Positions 1 through 9,658 of a stretch of DNA of 64,000 nt are shown one piece after another. The DNA is from Candidatus Micrarchaeota archaeon. GTDB taxonomy: Archaea; Micrarchaeota; Micrarchaeia; Anstonellales; Bilamarchaeaceae. Under the pieces are notes generated by a model. It did not search any database. It was not told the origin of the DNA and saw nothing but the letters and a program-made list of their open reading frames with translations. The stretch lies in NCBI GenBank assembly GCA_040758595.1, contig JBFLVJ010000003.1, positions 20,721-84,720 on the forward strand, in the 5' to 3' direction. The position numbers and the translations under genes were made by a program. Position 1 is the stretch's first letter. The number at the start of each line of letters is the position of its first letter.

Positions 1-1052
1 GCGCTTTAGGCCTCGCCACTCCGACCGCGATCATGGTCGGGACGGGCAAGGGCGCCGGCAACGGCATACTGATTCGGAACGGCGCGGTGCTCGAGAAGGT
101 GGAGAGCATAGGCGCCATCGCGTTCGACAAGACCGGCACGATAACAATAGGCAAGCCGGAGGTGGTCGCAGTCAACGCGTCGGCCAAGGACGCGCTCGAG
201 ATGGCTTACAGCCTGGAGAAAGGCAGCGAGCATCCTCTAGCAGAAGCGTTCGTGAGATACGCTGAAAGAAAGGGGGTGAAGAAAGCGCAGAAGGTCACTG
301 GGTTCTCAGCGGTACCTGGCAAGGGCATCACCGGAAAGATAAACGGGAAAGAATGCGCGCTCGGGAACACGAAGCTGGTGAAGGAATCTTCGGCACCGGC
401 CCAGCTCCTCGCATGGAAGAGGTCCATGGAAGAGAAAGGCAGCACCGTGATGCTGCTTTCGGTCGCCGGCAAGGCCATCGCGGGATTCGCGGTCTCGGAC
501 AGGATACGCGCTGATTCCAAAGAGGCGATAGCCCGGCTCAAGCGCATGGGCTTGAAGACCTACATGATAACCGGGGACAACGAGCGGGTGGCGGCAGCGG
601 TGGCCAAGGAGGCCGGGATCGACCGATACTTCGCGGATGTGCTCCCGGAAGAGAAGGCGCACCTGGTGGAGAAACTGAAGAAGCAAGGCACGGTGGCCAT
701 GGTGGGCGACGGCATAAACGACGCCCCGGCGCTCGCGGTATCAGACCTGGGGATAGCGATGGGCTCAGGCACCGACATCGCCATAGAGACCGGCGACATC
801 ATCCTGATGCGGAGCACGCTCACGGACGTGCCAAGGGCGATAGAGCTGTCGAAAGCCACGATGGCCAAGATAAAGCAGAACCTGTTCTGGGCGCTGATAT
901 ACAATATCGTCGGGATACCGGTCGCTGCCGGCGTGCTCTATATCCCCTTCGGGATACTGCTATCTCCGATGATTGCCGGAGGGGCGATGGCGCTCAGTTC
1001 GGTCTCGGTGGTCACGAACTCCATACTGTTAGGAAGATCGAAATTGAGGTGA
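1..1052 (+). CDS. Heavy-metal translocating P-type ATPase, C-terminal fragment (5' end lies outside the window)
   Basis: The translation contains the P-type phosphorylation motif DKTGTIT, the hinge motif MVGDGINDAPALA and C-terminal TM helices. The reading frame is open to position 1, so the gene is N-terminally truncated by the window edge. Cu versus Zn/Cd specificity cannot be decided without the N-terminal CPx region. Confidence 0.85.
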   Translation, partial: ALGLATPTAIMVGTGKGAGNGILIRNGAVLEKVESIGAIAFDKTGTITIGKPEVVAVNASAKDALEMAYSLEKGSEHPLAEAFVRYAERKGVKKAQKVTGFSAVPGKGITGKINGKECALGNTKLVKESSAPAQLLAWKRSMEEKGSTVMLLSVAGKAIAGFAVSDRIRADSKEAIARLKRMGLKTYMITGDNERVAAAVAKEAGIDRYFADVLPEEKAHLVEKLKKQGTVAMVGDGINDAPALAVSDLGIAMGSGTDIAIETGDIILMRSTLTDVPRAIELSKATMAKIKQNLFWALIYNIVGIPVAAGVLYIPFGILLSPMIAGGAMALSSVSVVTNSILLGRSKLR

Positions 1053-1053
1053 A

Positions 1054-1536
1054 ATGATGAGATTGCAATTGATATCCTTAGTGTTATTGCTGGCTCTCGG
1101 CTGCGTGGCCACTGGGCAGTCCGGAGAGGCCCCGCAAGCGGGCGCAGCGCCAATCCCGGCCGAGGAGGCGCAGGGCGGCTTGGCCGCTGCGGATTCGATA
1201 ACCATCCCGCTCTCTGAGATCGACAGCACGGTCCGGTTCTACACATTCGAGGCGGATGGGGCTACCGTGAGGTTCTTCGCTGTCATGGGCTCGGATGGGG
1301 GGGTGCGCACGGCGTTCGACGCCTGCGAGGTCTGCTATCGCGCCGGGAAGGGTTATTCCCAATCCGGAAGCGATGTGGTCTGCAACAACTGCGGGTTGAG
1401 GTTCAAGATAGACGAACTGGGCACGAAGAACCGCGGGAGCGGCTGCTGGCCCGCATACCTGCCGCACCAGCTCGAGGGCGATGCCATCGTGATAAAGAAG
1501 AGCGATCTCGAAGCCGGAGCGTACCTGTTCCCATGA
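1054..1536 (+). CDS. Putative secreted lipoprotein with a C-terminal Cys4 zinc-ribbon-like domain (DUF2318-like?)
   Basis: N-terminal signal peptide with a lipobox-like LALGC. The C-terminus carries C-x2-C ... C-x2-C (CEVCYRAG...CNNCGLRF). It starts 2 nt after the ATPase stop, which suggests co-transcription with the metal pump. Confidence 0.4.
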   Translation: MMRLQLISLVLLLALGCVATGQSGEAPQAGAAPIPAEEAQGGLAAADSITIPLSEIDSTVRFYTFEADGATVRFFAVMGSDGGVRTAFDACEVCYRAGKGYSQSGSDVVCNNCGLRFKIDELGTKNRGSGCWPAYLPHQLEGDAIVIKKSDLEAGAYLFP

Positions 1537-1596
1537 CAGCTGACCCATCATCTGGTATTATAAACCAAAAAATCGGAGTCGCAATCAGGTGATCTC

Positions 1597-2028
1597 ATGA
1601 ATGCAACAAAGCTCATGGGCATCGTGCTCGGTGTCATCGGAGTCGCTCTGATGGTCGGCGGCATCTATCTTGCGATGTCTTACATGGGAGCGATAGTCAA
1701 CGTGATGATCGGCTTCGTGGCGACAAACGGCAGCGCCATGGCGAACTGCGGAGTGACCGTCCCGGAGGAGCTAGTCCAGCTCAAGGACCAGGTCGCGACC
1801 ACGATCCTGCCTGGGGTCTATCTCGGAATCCCGCTCGCGGTGATTGTGATATCCCTGGTGATGTTCACGGGAGGGTACTTCTACGGCAAAGGCGCCCTCC
1901 AGGACCAGATGCAGCGTGAGAAACGGCATAAGGAAGAGGTGGAGCAGGAAGTCGAGAAGCGCGTGATGAAGAGGGGCGCGAAGACGCCTGCCGGACCAGA
2001 AGAGCGGGAGATGGAAGGGGAGGAATGA
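1597..2028 (+). CDS. Hypothetical small membrane protein with an acidic Glu-rich C-terminus
   Basis: Three predicted TM segments and a charged EE-rich tail. No recognisable catalytic motif. Confidence 0.3.
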   Translation: MNATKLMGIVLGVIGVALMVGGIYLAMSYMGAIVNVMIGFVATNGSAMANCGVTVPEELVQLKDQVATTILPGVYLGIPLAVIVISLVMFTGGYFYGKGALQDQMQREKRHKEEVEQEVEKRVMKRGAKTPAGPEEREMEGEE

Positions 2029-2063
2029 ACCCATTCCCATCATTTTTGTTTTTCCACGGTTTT

Positions 2064-2378
2064 TCAGATAATCCCTTGCAGCCAGCTCAAATCTATGACG
2101 AGCGCAAGGGGCAGCACGGCGAAATGGAGCAGGCCCACTAGCAGGAAGTTGCCCTTCCTTCCGAACATGCTTCCGCTGAGCTCAGGTATCGGGCCGATGC
2201 TTTGGTGATAGAAGAGCCAGAACCCTAGGTTCATCAGCCCGCCGCCTGCCAAAGGTATCATTATGCTCTGCGGGATGGGTGCTCCGGCCAATGCGCAATA
2301 AAGGAGAGCCGATGCGAGCGGGAGCGTCAAGGCGATGGTGTTGGCGACCGCCCGGCCTTTGGAGACCATCTTGACCAT
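2064..2378 (-). CDS. Hypothetical small membrane protein
   Basis: 104-aa ORF with 2-3 hydrophobic helices. Codon usage matches its neighbours. Confidence 0.3.
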   Translation of the reverse strand: MVKMVSKGRAVANTIALTLPLASALLYCALAGAPIPQSIMIPLAGGGLMNLGFWLFYHQSIGPIPELSGSMFGRKGNFLLVGLLHFAVLPLALVIDLSWLQGII

Positions 2379-2395
2379 TCGGATGCGGTCCTGCG

Positions 2396-2671
2396 CTAGA
2401 CTCCCTTGGGATCGAGGGATTGCTTTATCTCATCAAGTATGTCCATGACGCAAGTGCGGTTGGACTTGCCCTGTATCCTGTCGAAAAGGTCGCTCAGCTC
2501 CTGGACGTCCGAGGCTATCTGGTACTCGGTCAATAATTCGTTGTTTATCGTGAATTTGACGTTTTTCCCGAATTTCAAGAAGTTCACCTGGATATCTATT
2601 GTGCGGCAAAGCTTATATATGCCCCCCATTTTCCCCGATAAAAGATAACCATGATGCCCCATGGATGCCAT
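2396..2671 (-). CDS. Hypothetical protein
   Basis: 91-aa ORF. The sequence is of lower GC and carries no motif I recognise. Confidence 0.2.
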   Translation of the reverse strand: MASMGHHGYLLSGKMGGIYKLCRTIDIQVNFLKFGKNVKFTINNELLTEYQIASDVQELSDLFDRIQGKSNRTCVMDILDEIKQSLDPKGV

Positions 2672-2889
2672 ATCCAGCCCATTTAGGAGCGGCGCGTCTG
2701 TTTTATAAAACCCGGTTCAGTTATCAACCTGATGCTCACGTGGGAGCTCTGGTTCGCTATAGTGCCCGGCCTGATATCGTCCCTTTATGGGATTGAGCAC
2801 TTCAGCGCAGAGATACAGCGGGCGATACTATAAGCTGAATTCAGGGAAGGCAAGATGAGCGTGTTGGATCTGGACCAGCTGTCCAGAGA

Positions 2890-3525
2890 CTAAAACCTTA
2901 GCAGGAATGTCGTGCGATAGAGGCGCTTGCCCTCGCTGGTCCCAACCAGCTTCTTGGTTATCAGCGCTTTGATACCCAAATCGCTAAGAAGCGCCACTAC
3001 CGCCTTCGAGCTGCCGACGAATATGTCGAGGCCGCCCTCCTTCTCTTCCTCTTTGGCGATGAACGTCTTCCTGGACAGCCTCTTCACGAACATCACGGCA
3101 TGGCCCCGGACCTTCAAGGGATCCCCCCTCAGCTGGACGATGCCCTCGAAATAGCCGCCGCTCATCCTCGAGCACTGCTGGCAGATGGTCCTCTTCATCT
3201 CCAGCGATATGGTCCGCTCTACCTCCAGCCCGCTCTCCTTCATGATGAATGCGGCGCTCTGAGTGTCAGGGTCGTAAGCGCCGCTCTCGAAGGCCCCTTT
3301 GCATTTGCTTATTATGAAATCGGATATCGCCTTCTTGCCGCCTTCGATCCACTCTCCCCTGATGCGCATCTTCCCGCAGCGGACGCACTCTTCGAACTCC
3401 ATCTTCCTGGGGCACTCCAGCTTGACCGGATAGCAGTCTATGCAGAAGGCCTCGATGAACCTGACGTTGTCGCTGCTTCGCCCGCATTTGGGGCAGATGA
3501 GGGATGACATATCGTTTAAAACCAT
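2890..3525 (-). CDS. NMD3-family protein (archaeal homolog of the 60S export adaptor), N-terminal multi-CxxC zinc-binding domain
   Basis: CPKCG ... CIDC ... C...CVRCG cysteine pairs sit at the N-terminus. They are followed by a basic OB-like region, the pattern typical of short archaeal NMD3. Confidence 0.45.
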   Translation of the reverse strand: MVLNDMSSLICPKCGRSSDNVRFIEAFCIDCYPVKLECPRKMEFEECVRCGKMRIRGEWIEGGKKAISDFIISKCKGAFESGAYDPDTQSAAFIMKESGLEVERTISLEMKRTICQQCSRMSGGYFEGIVQLRGDPLKVRGHAVMFVKRLSRKTFIAKEEEKEGGLDIFVGSSKAVVALLSDLGIKALITKKLVGTSEGKRLYRTTFLLRF

Positions 3526-3546
3526 TGAGAATGATATTAAAAATCG

Positions 3547-5307
3547 ATGACCAAGAACATCAACCGGGCAGTGAATCTCACATCCTATTTCATCACGCTC
3601 CCCCCTGCCTCGTACATCCTGCTGGCTATCGTGGTCCTAGGAGCCGTTTTCGGCCTTCTCGTGAATCTAGGCTCGCTCAAACCCGGGGAGACGGCTATAG
3701 CCGACGGGCTGATGCTCCTCACCTTGCCTGCGCTGCTGTCTGCCACGGTAATCAAGCTGCTGGTGCGGAGAATGCCCTTCCGGAGGATAGCGGCTACCGC
3801 GCTGGCAGGAGAAGCGGTCTATTCCGTCGCCTACCTCCTGAGCATGCTGCTCACAGGAGTCAACGAGATCTGGGGCCAGATGGTCCTGCTCGTGGGCTCA
3901 GCCATCGTATTCGTGCTATGGTATGTCATAGCCCGCTTCGTGTTCATACTGAAATACCGTTCGGTGCTGTTCGCCATGCTCCAGCTGCTGTTCTATCTGA
4001 TATTCCTGCTGAGCAACCAGGCGCTATACGTCTCGGATGAACCGATACTGGATGTGGCCCTCAAGTTCTATCTCTCTTCATTCGTCCTGCTCGTGGCCCT
4101 GGTGCTTTTCTTCTTCATAATAAACGCGCCGATGAAGAAGAATCTTGGTCTGAGCAGCACGGATGCGCTCTCGCATGTGTTCAACCAGTGGCTCTACCAC
4201 AACAAAGACCTGGAGAAGGTGTTCGAGCAAGTGGGCGAAGACGCCAAGACCACTCTTTGCGTGGCCGGCTTCAGGATGGAGAATGGCACCGTATTCTTCG
4301 TGACCCCTAACGTGCATTTCGGCCCCTTCGGCAACCTAGGGGGCAGCGAGTTCTCGCACCTCATCGCGGAGCGGATAGACGCAAAATACGGCTCCAAGAC
4401 CTTCGTCTTCCATGGGACCGCCACCCATGACCTGAATCCGGTCTCTAGCGAGCAGATATCCAAGATCCTTGCCGGGTTCGATTCGTCTCTAGAAGAAGCC
4501 AGATTCAGGAAGGCCAAGGCGGGATTGTCGCTGGGCGCCGAGATGGAGTGCAAAGCACAGGCCCTTCTGCTGGATCGGTCCGGGATAATCTCACTGAGCC
4601 GGGCCCCTGAAGTCACCGAAGACATCAACCTGGGGCTTGGACTCTCCCTCCTAGCCGAGGCCGAGAAGAGACTGGATTCGGCCATGGTCATAGACCAGCA
4701 CAACGCCGAGACCGGCGACATCACCAGTTTCGAGCCGGGAAGCCAGATCGGCTATCGGTACATGAGGGCGATACAGGATGCGCTCTCCAAGAAGCCCGCC
4801 ATGAAACCATTGAAGCTGGGGGTTTCCTCCAGCGATTCCAAATCACCCGTCATAGGGAAAGCCGGCATCAAGGTAGCTGTATTCGGCACCGAACCGGAAT
4901 ATGTGGTGGTGCTGATAGATTCCAATGGAGTCACACCCGGATTCAAGGAGCGGATAGATGCCGAGGTCTCCGCGGTCGGCAAGAAGCTCGGCCGTGATTT
5001 CGTTGCCGGGGTGTTCACCACCGACACCCACCAGACCAACATGGTCCGGGGAGTGCTCAATCCTCTCAAGGAAGAAGGGGATACCCTCAGACTGATATCC
5101 GAAGCATGCGAGGAAGCGGCCTCATGCATGAAGGAAGCGGAATTCTTCCAAAACACCAGGTGGTTCGACATCAAGGTCCTGGGCGCCAAGCAGTCCATAG
5201 AGGTAATATCGACCGTCAATTCCATAGTGGCTGTCGCGAAGATAACCTTCCCGCTTATCCTCCTGGGCGGGGTCCTTCTGCTCATAGCATTGGCGACCCG
5301 CATCTGA
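3547..5307 (+). CDS. Large polytopic membrane protein with a C-terminal soluble domain (DUF2070-like archaeal family)
   Basis: About 6 N-terminal TM helices are followed by a ~350-aa soluble domain and a final TM segment. The size and architecture match archaeal DUF2070 proteins. The assignment is from memory only. Confidence 0.35.
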   Translation: MTKNINRAVNLTSYFITLPPASYILLAIVVLGAVFGLLVNLGSLKPGETAIADGLMLLTLPALLSATVIKLLVRRMPFRRIAATALAGEAVYSVAYLLSMLLTGVNEIWGQMVLLVGSAIVFVLWYVIARFVFILKYRSVLFAMLQLLFYLIFLLSNQALYVSDEPILDVALKFYLSSFVLLVALVLFFFIINAPMKKNLGLSSTDALSHVFNQWLYHNKDLEKVFEQVGEDAKTTLCVAGFRMENGTVFFVTPNVHFGPFGNLGGSEFSHLIAERIDAKYGSKTFVFHGTATHDLNPVSSEQISKILAGFDSSLEEARFRKAKAGLSLGAEMECKAQALLLDRSGIISLSRAPEVTEDINLGLGLSLLAEAEKRLDSAMVIDQHNAETGDITSFEPGSQIGYRYMRAIQDALSKKPAMKPLKLGVSSSDSKSPVIGKAGIKVAVFGTEPEYVVVLIDSNGVTPGFKERIDAEVSAVGKKLGRDFVAGVFTTDTHQTNMVRGVLNPLKEEGDTLRLISEACEEAASCMKEAEFFQNTRWFDIKVLGAKQSIEVISTVNSIVAVAKITFPLILLGGVLLLIALATRI

Positions 5308-5342
5308 TAGCGTTTCCATCCGCGGCTGATCCACGGCCTTAA

Positions 5343-6179
5343 TCAGGTCCCCAGCACCATCCGAAGGACATCCCGTATCCCCGGGGCGAACCCCATTATC
5401 ATCAGGGCCAGCGCGATGAATCGCATATCCTCGGCATCCAGCTCCTTCTCCGACCTGAGCACATGGACCGCCAGGAAGGCTATCCCGACCTTGACCAGGT
5501 AGAACAGAAAGAATGTCCCGAACAGCTCTCCGATGAAGCCGCCAACGACATGCTGCTCGAAGTAATGGATGCCTGTCATCTGGGAGAAGTAGTCAATGAC
5601 GAAGAAGGTGGCCGCCCCGTCCAGGGCCTGGCCGCCGACTATCCCCATCGATATATAGTCCTTATAGAGCATCCAGGCGACATAAGCCGGGATGGCGCCG
5701 AGCAGGAGAACCGGGAAAGCGTATATCGCGTACTGCATGAAAGGCAGCAGCAGGAGGAAATGCGGCAGCCATAATGCCAGGCCCACATAGGGGAGCAACT
5801 CCATCCTCTTGGCCCGCTCGAGCAGGAGCACCGAAGATAGGAACAGGCCCGCTGTGAGGATATATATCCCCGGGGAGACAGTGAGGTAGCCGTAATCCCA
5901 GAGGTGGCTATCCAGCATGAACTGATGGATGGGAGAGACCGCCTGGAAGACCCCGCCGTCTATCGAATCTGTCACCACCCTGACCGTGGAGCCGAATAAG
6001 ACGAATGAGAGCACTCCCCCCATGAACCGGTCATCGATCATGATCCGGCCTTTCATGTATCTGTATATGAGATAGACCGCAGCGATGGCGATCAACGCAT
6101 AGACGGCCGTGTTCACGATGTTGTACCCGCTCCTCTCCCATATCGGGCGGACAAAGTAATCGTATATAAATTTTTCCAT
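5343..6179 (-). CDS. Polytopic membrane protein (DUF63-like archaeal family)
   Basis: Multi-TM protein. The ORF is open to 6299, but the likely start is the internal MEKFIYDYF at 6179, because the longer form would overlap the convergent Rpp21 gene. Confidence 0.4.
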   Translation of the reverse strand: MEKFIYDYFVRPIWERSGYNIVNTAVYALIAIAAVYLIYRYMKGRIMIDDRFMGGVLSFVLFGSTVRVVTDSIDGGVFQAVSPIHQFMLDSHLWDYGYLTVSPGIYILTAGLFLSSVLLLERAKRMELLPYVGLALWLPHFLLLLPFMQYAIYAFPVLLLGAIPAYVAWMLYKDYISMGIVGGQALDGAATFFVIDYFSQMTGIHYFEQHVVGGFIGELFGTFFLFYLVKVGIAFLAVHVLRSEKELDAEDMRFIALALMIMGFAPGIRDVLRMVLGT

Positions 6180-6192
6180 CGAACCAACTTGC

Positions 6193-6489
6193 ATGCATAG
6201 TAAGCGGAAAACCATTATAAAGTCCAGCGTAATCACCTCGATACGCAAGCTCCTGGACCAGGCCCGGAAAGCCGCATCCAAGAGCCCGGCGAGGTCCAAG
6301 CGCTACGTGGACATGGCTTTCGACCTGCTCAAGAAGAACAAGGTCCGGCTCCCCAAGGAGCTTCGCAACAGCTTCTGCCGCAAATGCCATCTCATCTGGA
6401 TACCTGCCAAGACAATGACCGCCTACTATGACAAGAAGAACGACTGTCTCCGGGTCAGGTGCCGCTGCGGAGCGACAAAGCGCCTTTAG
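6193..6489 (+). CDS. rnp4: RNase P protein subunit Rpp21/Rpr2 (zinc-ribbon)
   Basis: Basic N-terminal helix, then C-x2-C ... C-x-C (FCRKCHLIWIP...CLRVRCRCG) at the C-terminus. This is the Rpr2 zinc-ribbon fold at ~100 aa. Confidence 0.55.
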   Translation: MHSKRKTIIKSSVITSIRKLLDQARKAASKSPARSKRYVDMAFDLLKKNKVRLPKELRNSFCRKCHLIWIPAKTMTAYYDKKNDCLRVRCRCGATKRL

Positions 6490-7511
6490 CTATCCTTTTT
6501 AATGAAACCGGGCAAGGTCATATCATGGAGCTATACCCACACATAATGCCTTCGCTCTCCGAGGTGGAGCGGCTGATGGAATCCGCCCTCTTGAGCGAAG
6601 ATCCGCGCATCTACGGCATGCTCCCCCCGTTCATCAAGCGGGGCGGCAAGCGCATCCGGCCCGCCATGTGCCTGCTCTCATGCGGGGCGGTCGGCGGCAA
6701 GGCACAGTCCGCCCTGGAGACCGCGGCCATCATCGAGCTGTTCCACAATTTCACCCTCATTCATGATGATATCGAGGACGGGGCGCAGTTCAGGCGGGGC
6801 GAGCCGGCGCTCCACGTCTCCTGCGGAATGCCGGTGGCGCTCAATTCCGGGGACGCGCTCTATACTCTCCTGTGGAAGCGGCTGGTGACCATGGACCTCG
6901 AGCCGAAGAGGCTGCTCAGGCTCCAAGGCATGTGCGCCGAAGCGTTCAAGCGGGTCGTGGACGGGCAGGGCGTCGAGATATCATGGATACAGGACGGCAG
7001 GTTCGATGTATCTGAAAGCGACTATCTTGGGATGATAGACGGGAAGACATCCGCCCTCATGGGCCTCTCCTGCGAAGCCGGCGCATATCTCGGCGATGCC
7101 AAGCCCGGGACCTGCAAACCGCTCCGCGATTACGGGGAGATGCTCGGAGCGGCCTTCCAGATACATGACGACGTGCTGAACCTGACCGGCGATTTCTCTA
7201 AATATCAGAAGGAGATCGGCGGGGACATCTCTGAGGGGAAGCGGACGCTGATGGTCGTGCACTGCCTGGAGAATGCGCCCGAGGCCGAGAGGAACGAGCT
7301 GAAATCCATACTCTCTTCGCACACCCAGGAGAAAAGGAAGATACAGAAGGCGATCTCCATACTTGAGAAGCATGGTTCCATAGATTTCGCGAGGGAGCGG
7401 GCATCATCGCTCATAGCAGATGCCAGATCATCCCTTTCGGGGCTGCCTTCATCGGAGGACCGCACCGCGCTGGAGCGCATAGCCGCCTATGCCGTGGCCC
7501 GCGAGAAGTGA
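6459..7511 (+). CDS. idsA: Short-chain (E)-polyprenyl diphosphate synthase, likely geranylgeranyl diphosphate synthase
   Basis: First DDxxD motif LIHDDIEDG and second motif QIHDDVLNLTGD are present, in trans-IPPS architecture. The likely true start is MELYPH at 6525, because the longer ORF overlaps the Rpp21 stop. Confidence 0.8.
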   Translation: MPLRSDKAPLAILFNETGQGHIMELYPHIMPSLSEVERLMESALLSEDPRIYGMLPPFIKRGGKRIRPAMCLLSCGAVGGKAQSALETAAIIELFHNFTLIHDDIEDGAQFRRGEPALHVSCGMPVALNSGDALYTLLWKRLVTMDLEPKRLLRLQGMCAEAFKRVVDGQGVEISWIQDGRFDVSESDYLGMIDGKTSALMGLSCEAGAYLGDAKPGTCKPLRDYGEMLGAAFQIHDDVLNLTGDFSKYQKEIGGDISEGKRTLMVVHCLENAPEAERNELKSILSSHTQEKRKIQKAISILEKHGSIDFARERASSLIADARSSLSGLPSSEDRTALERIAAYAVAREK

Positions 7512-7547
7512 GAAAAGTATTTAAACCGATGATGCAATGTATCATCG

Positions 7548-9653
7548 ATGACCTCCCAAAAATCCGTCGTAGGCCTATTGTTATTGATTGGCATGCTCTC
7601 CGCAGCATTCAATCCAGCCGATTACCTGTATCCGTCTGAGACCAATGTCACCGTCTCCTATGTGAATTTCACGGATAGCGGGCACTCATATTCCATCGTG
7701 AAGCTCAACAACGTGGACACGTTCCTGCTAGAAGACCTGGAGGTGGTGACTGAGCAGTCGCAGATAGAGGACATCCTGTACACATACTACGTGAAGGAGC
7801 ACTATCCCTCCGATGACGAGCTGGACGAGCTCATCTCATTGATCAAAAAGTTCAACGACAGCAGGAACGATGGCTACGACTTCAAGAACAAGGAGGAGTA
7901 CGTCTGCAGGAACGACGTCCTGCTATCCAACGGGAAGATAATCATATCCGGCGAGAAGGTGATATGCCGTGATGAAGCATCCTGCGAGAAGAACGCGATG
8001 CTGCTCTTCTCGGTCTATGGGGAGGGCCTGGCCCTCGGCTCCATAGACGCCATCAGCGAGCCGCTCATGGATTTCACGCCCTCGAGCCTGAAGATGGACG
8101 AGTACCTGGGCAACTACATGGAGAAGCTCAGCGACCTCAACGAGGACAACCTCGCTGACACGCTCGAATACATAAGCGACACATCGGAAGAGCTGGTGCC
8201 GCTGTCAGAGAAGATAGAATCGACTATCTTCAGGACGCCACGCCTCAACGATACCGATGACAAGGAGGAATGCTATCTGGAATGCTGGGCCATCTGCCCA
8301 TCATTCGACCTCGACCAGGATGCTGCCGAAGACCTCCATGACCTGGCAGAGGACCTCACGCAGAAAGTCGGCCCGCTGGGCGGCTATGAGTCCGCCGCCT
8401 CGGACGTATTCAGCCGGACCGCGGAGCGCCTCGATTATGTCAAGGGCGAGGACCAGGCGACATACTACACCACGACATTCAGGCCGCTGAACATCAGCGG
8501 CACCAGGGCCATCGCAGACGCAGAGGACGCCGTGCGCCATGTGAAGAACAACTCGCTATCCGCTAAACTGGACCAGCTGAAATCGCTCCACGTTACAATC
8601 CCCGAGGACATAGGCAACAGGAACTTCACCACCATCGAGGCCGACATGTCGGAATATGGAGGCCTGGTGGCCGAGGTCCAGAGCGGGGCCGACTTCCTGC
8701 TCTCGATATACAACTCCACACTGGAGGAGAAGAACCGGGCCAATGGCATGATATTCGTGCTCCAGAGCAAGGACCTGGACCCGGTATCTGTCAAGTCGCT
8801 CCACCTGGTGGAGAACAAGACCGAGGACCTGGGCATCCAGTTCCATGACGGGCTCACATTGACACAGCTCGAAGAGCTCAAAGAGAAGTATGGTCTCGTG
8901 GCCGATGAGGCGGAAGAGCTGCTCATGACCGAGAGCGAGACTCCGGCGACGCGTGTCCTGCTCCTTTTCAGGGGCTTCGCCAGAAGGATCAACACGGGAA
9001 TCGCGGAAGTGGCGGACCAGACGGACGTCATAAGCAGGTCAGAGATCCCGGAGAACCCCATGAACCTGGGCCTCTTCTCCCTTGCTGTGTTCCTTTCCCT
9101 GTCATCCATGGCCCTCTTGGCATTCCTGTTCGTGCTGGGCAACGGCCGTTTCCCGGTGCCAAAGACGACCCATATGCTGGGCGCCGCGTTCGCGGTGGTC
9201 CTGCTGATGATACTTCTGTTCAGCCTCTTCATGTATGTGTTCCTCGGGAAGACATCGACCGATGCGAGCCTCCCTGAATTCATCAATGATCTCAACGGCA
9301 GGCACTCGACTTCGATAATGCTCGATCTCAGGGACGCTTCCCTCTCCGATGCCGATGCCATGCGCGCATGCGCTTCCGAGCTGGCATCCTCTTTCGAGGA
9401 CAAGAACAAGACCTGGACCATGTACACCATAACCCCGAGCACATGCACCCAGACAGCCAGCGACGGCTACCAGGGCGCGATGAGCGCAGACGACTGCATC
9501 GGGGAAGTGGACGCTTCGGATTCTTCGTTCGTTCTGGGTTATTCTCCGACCAACGAGGAGCCGCGTTTCTCTGTCATTTACACAAACAGGGCTGAGATAA
9601 AGGCGAACACGGATTATTATGAATCCTGCCCGCTTGTGGCCCTTTTCAGCTGA
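7548..9653 (+). CDS. Large acidic secreted/surface protein with a C-terminal TM region (hypothetical)
   Basis: N-terminal signal peptide, a ~480-aa acidic ectodomain with many N-x-S/T sequons, two TM helices near residues 500-560, and a Cys-containing C-terminal domain. Confidence 0.4.
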   Translation: MTSQKSVVGLLLLIGMLSAAFNPADYLYPSETNVTVSYVNFTDSGHSYSIVKLNNVDTFLLEDLEVVTEQSQIEDILYTYYVKEHYPSDDELDELISLIKKFNDSRNDGYDFKNKEEYVCRNDVLLSNGKIIISGEKVICRDEASCEKNAMLLFSVYGEGLALGSIDAISEPLMDFTPSSLKMDEYLGNYMEKLSDLNEDNLADTLEYISDTSEELVPLSEKIESTIFRTPRLNDTDDKEECYLECWAICPSFDLDQDAAEDLHDLAEDLTQKVGPLGGYESAASDVFSRTAERLDYVKGEDQATYYTTTFRPLNISGTRAIADAEDAVRHVKNNSLSAKLDQLKSLHVTIPEDIGNRNFTTIEADMSEYGGLVAEVQSGADFLLSIYNSTLEEKNRANGMIFVLQSKDLDPVSVKSLHLVENKTEDLGIQFHDGLTLTQLEELKEKYGLVADEAEELLMTESETPATRVLLLFRGFARRINTGIAEVADQTDVISRSEIPENPMNLGLFSLAVFLSLSSMALLAFLFVLGNGRFPVPKTTHMLGAAFAVVLLMILLFSLFMYVFLGKTSTDASLPEFINDLNGRHSTSIMLDLRDASLSDADAMRACASELASSFEDKNKTWTMYTITPSTCTQTASDGYQGAMSADDCIGEVDASDSSFVLGYSPTNEEPRFSVIYTNRAEIKANTDYYESCPLVALFS

Positions 9654-9658
9654 TTACG

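Noticed and set aside
5343-6299. Full-length 318-aa version of the DUF63-like membrane protein
   Set aside because: The first 40 codons would overlap the convergent Rpp21 gene (6193-6489) and are hydrophilic and Arg-rich. The internal start at 6179 (MEKFIYDYF) gives a typical membrane-protein N-terminus.
8465-9448. 327-aa minus-strand ORF antisense to the large secreted protein gene. Similar long antisense or alternative-frame ORFs occur at 17950-18822, 18875-19762, 36221-37147, 47454-48110, 52522-53070, 53401-54195 and 54602-55939.
   Set aside because: Each lies entirely within a much better-supported gene on the other strand or frame, and their products are low-complexity (Arg/Ala/Pro/Ser-rich). 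They are the spurious open frames expected in ~60% GC DNA.
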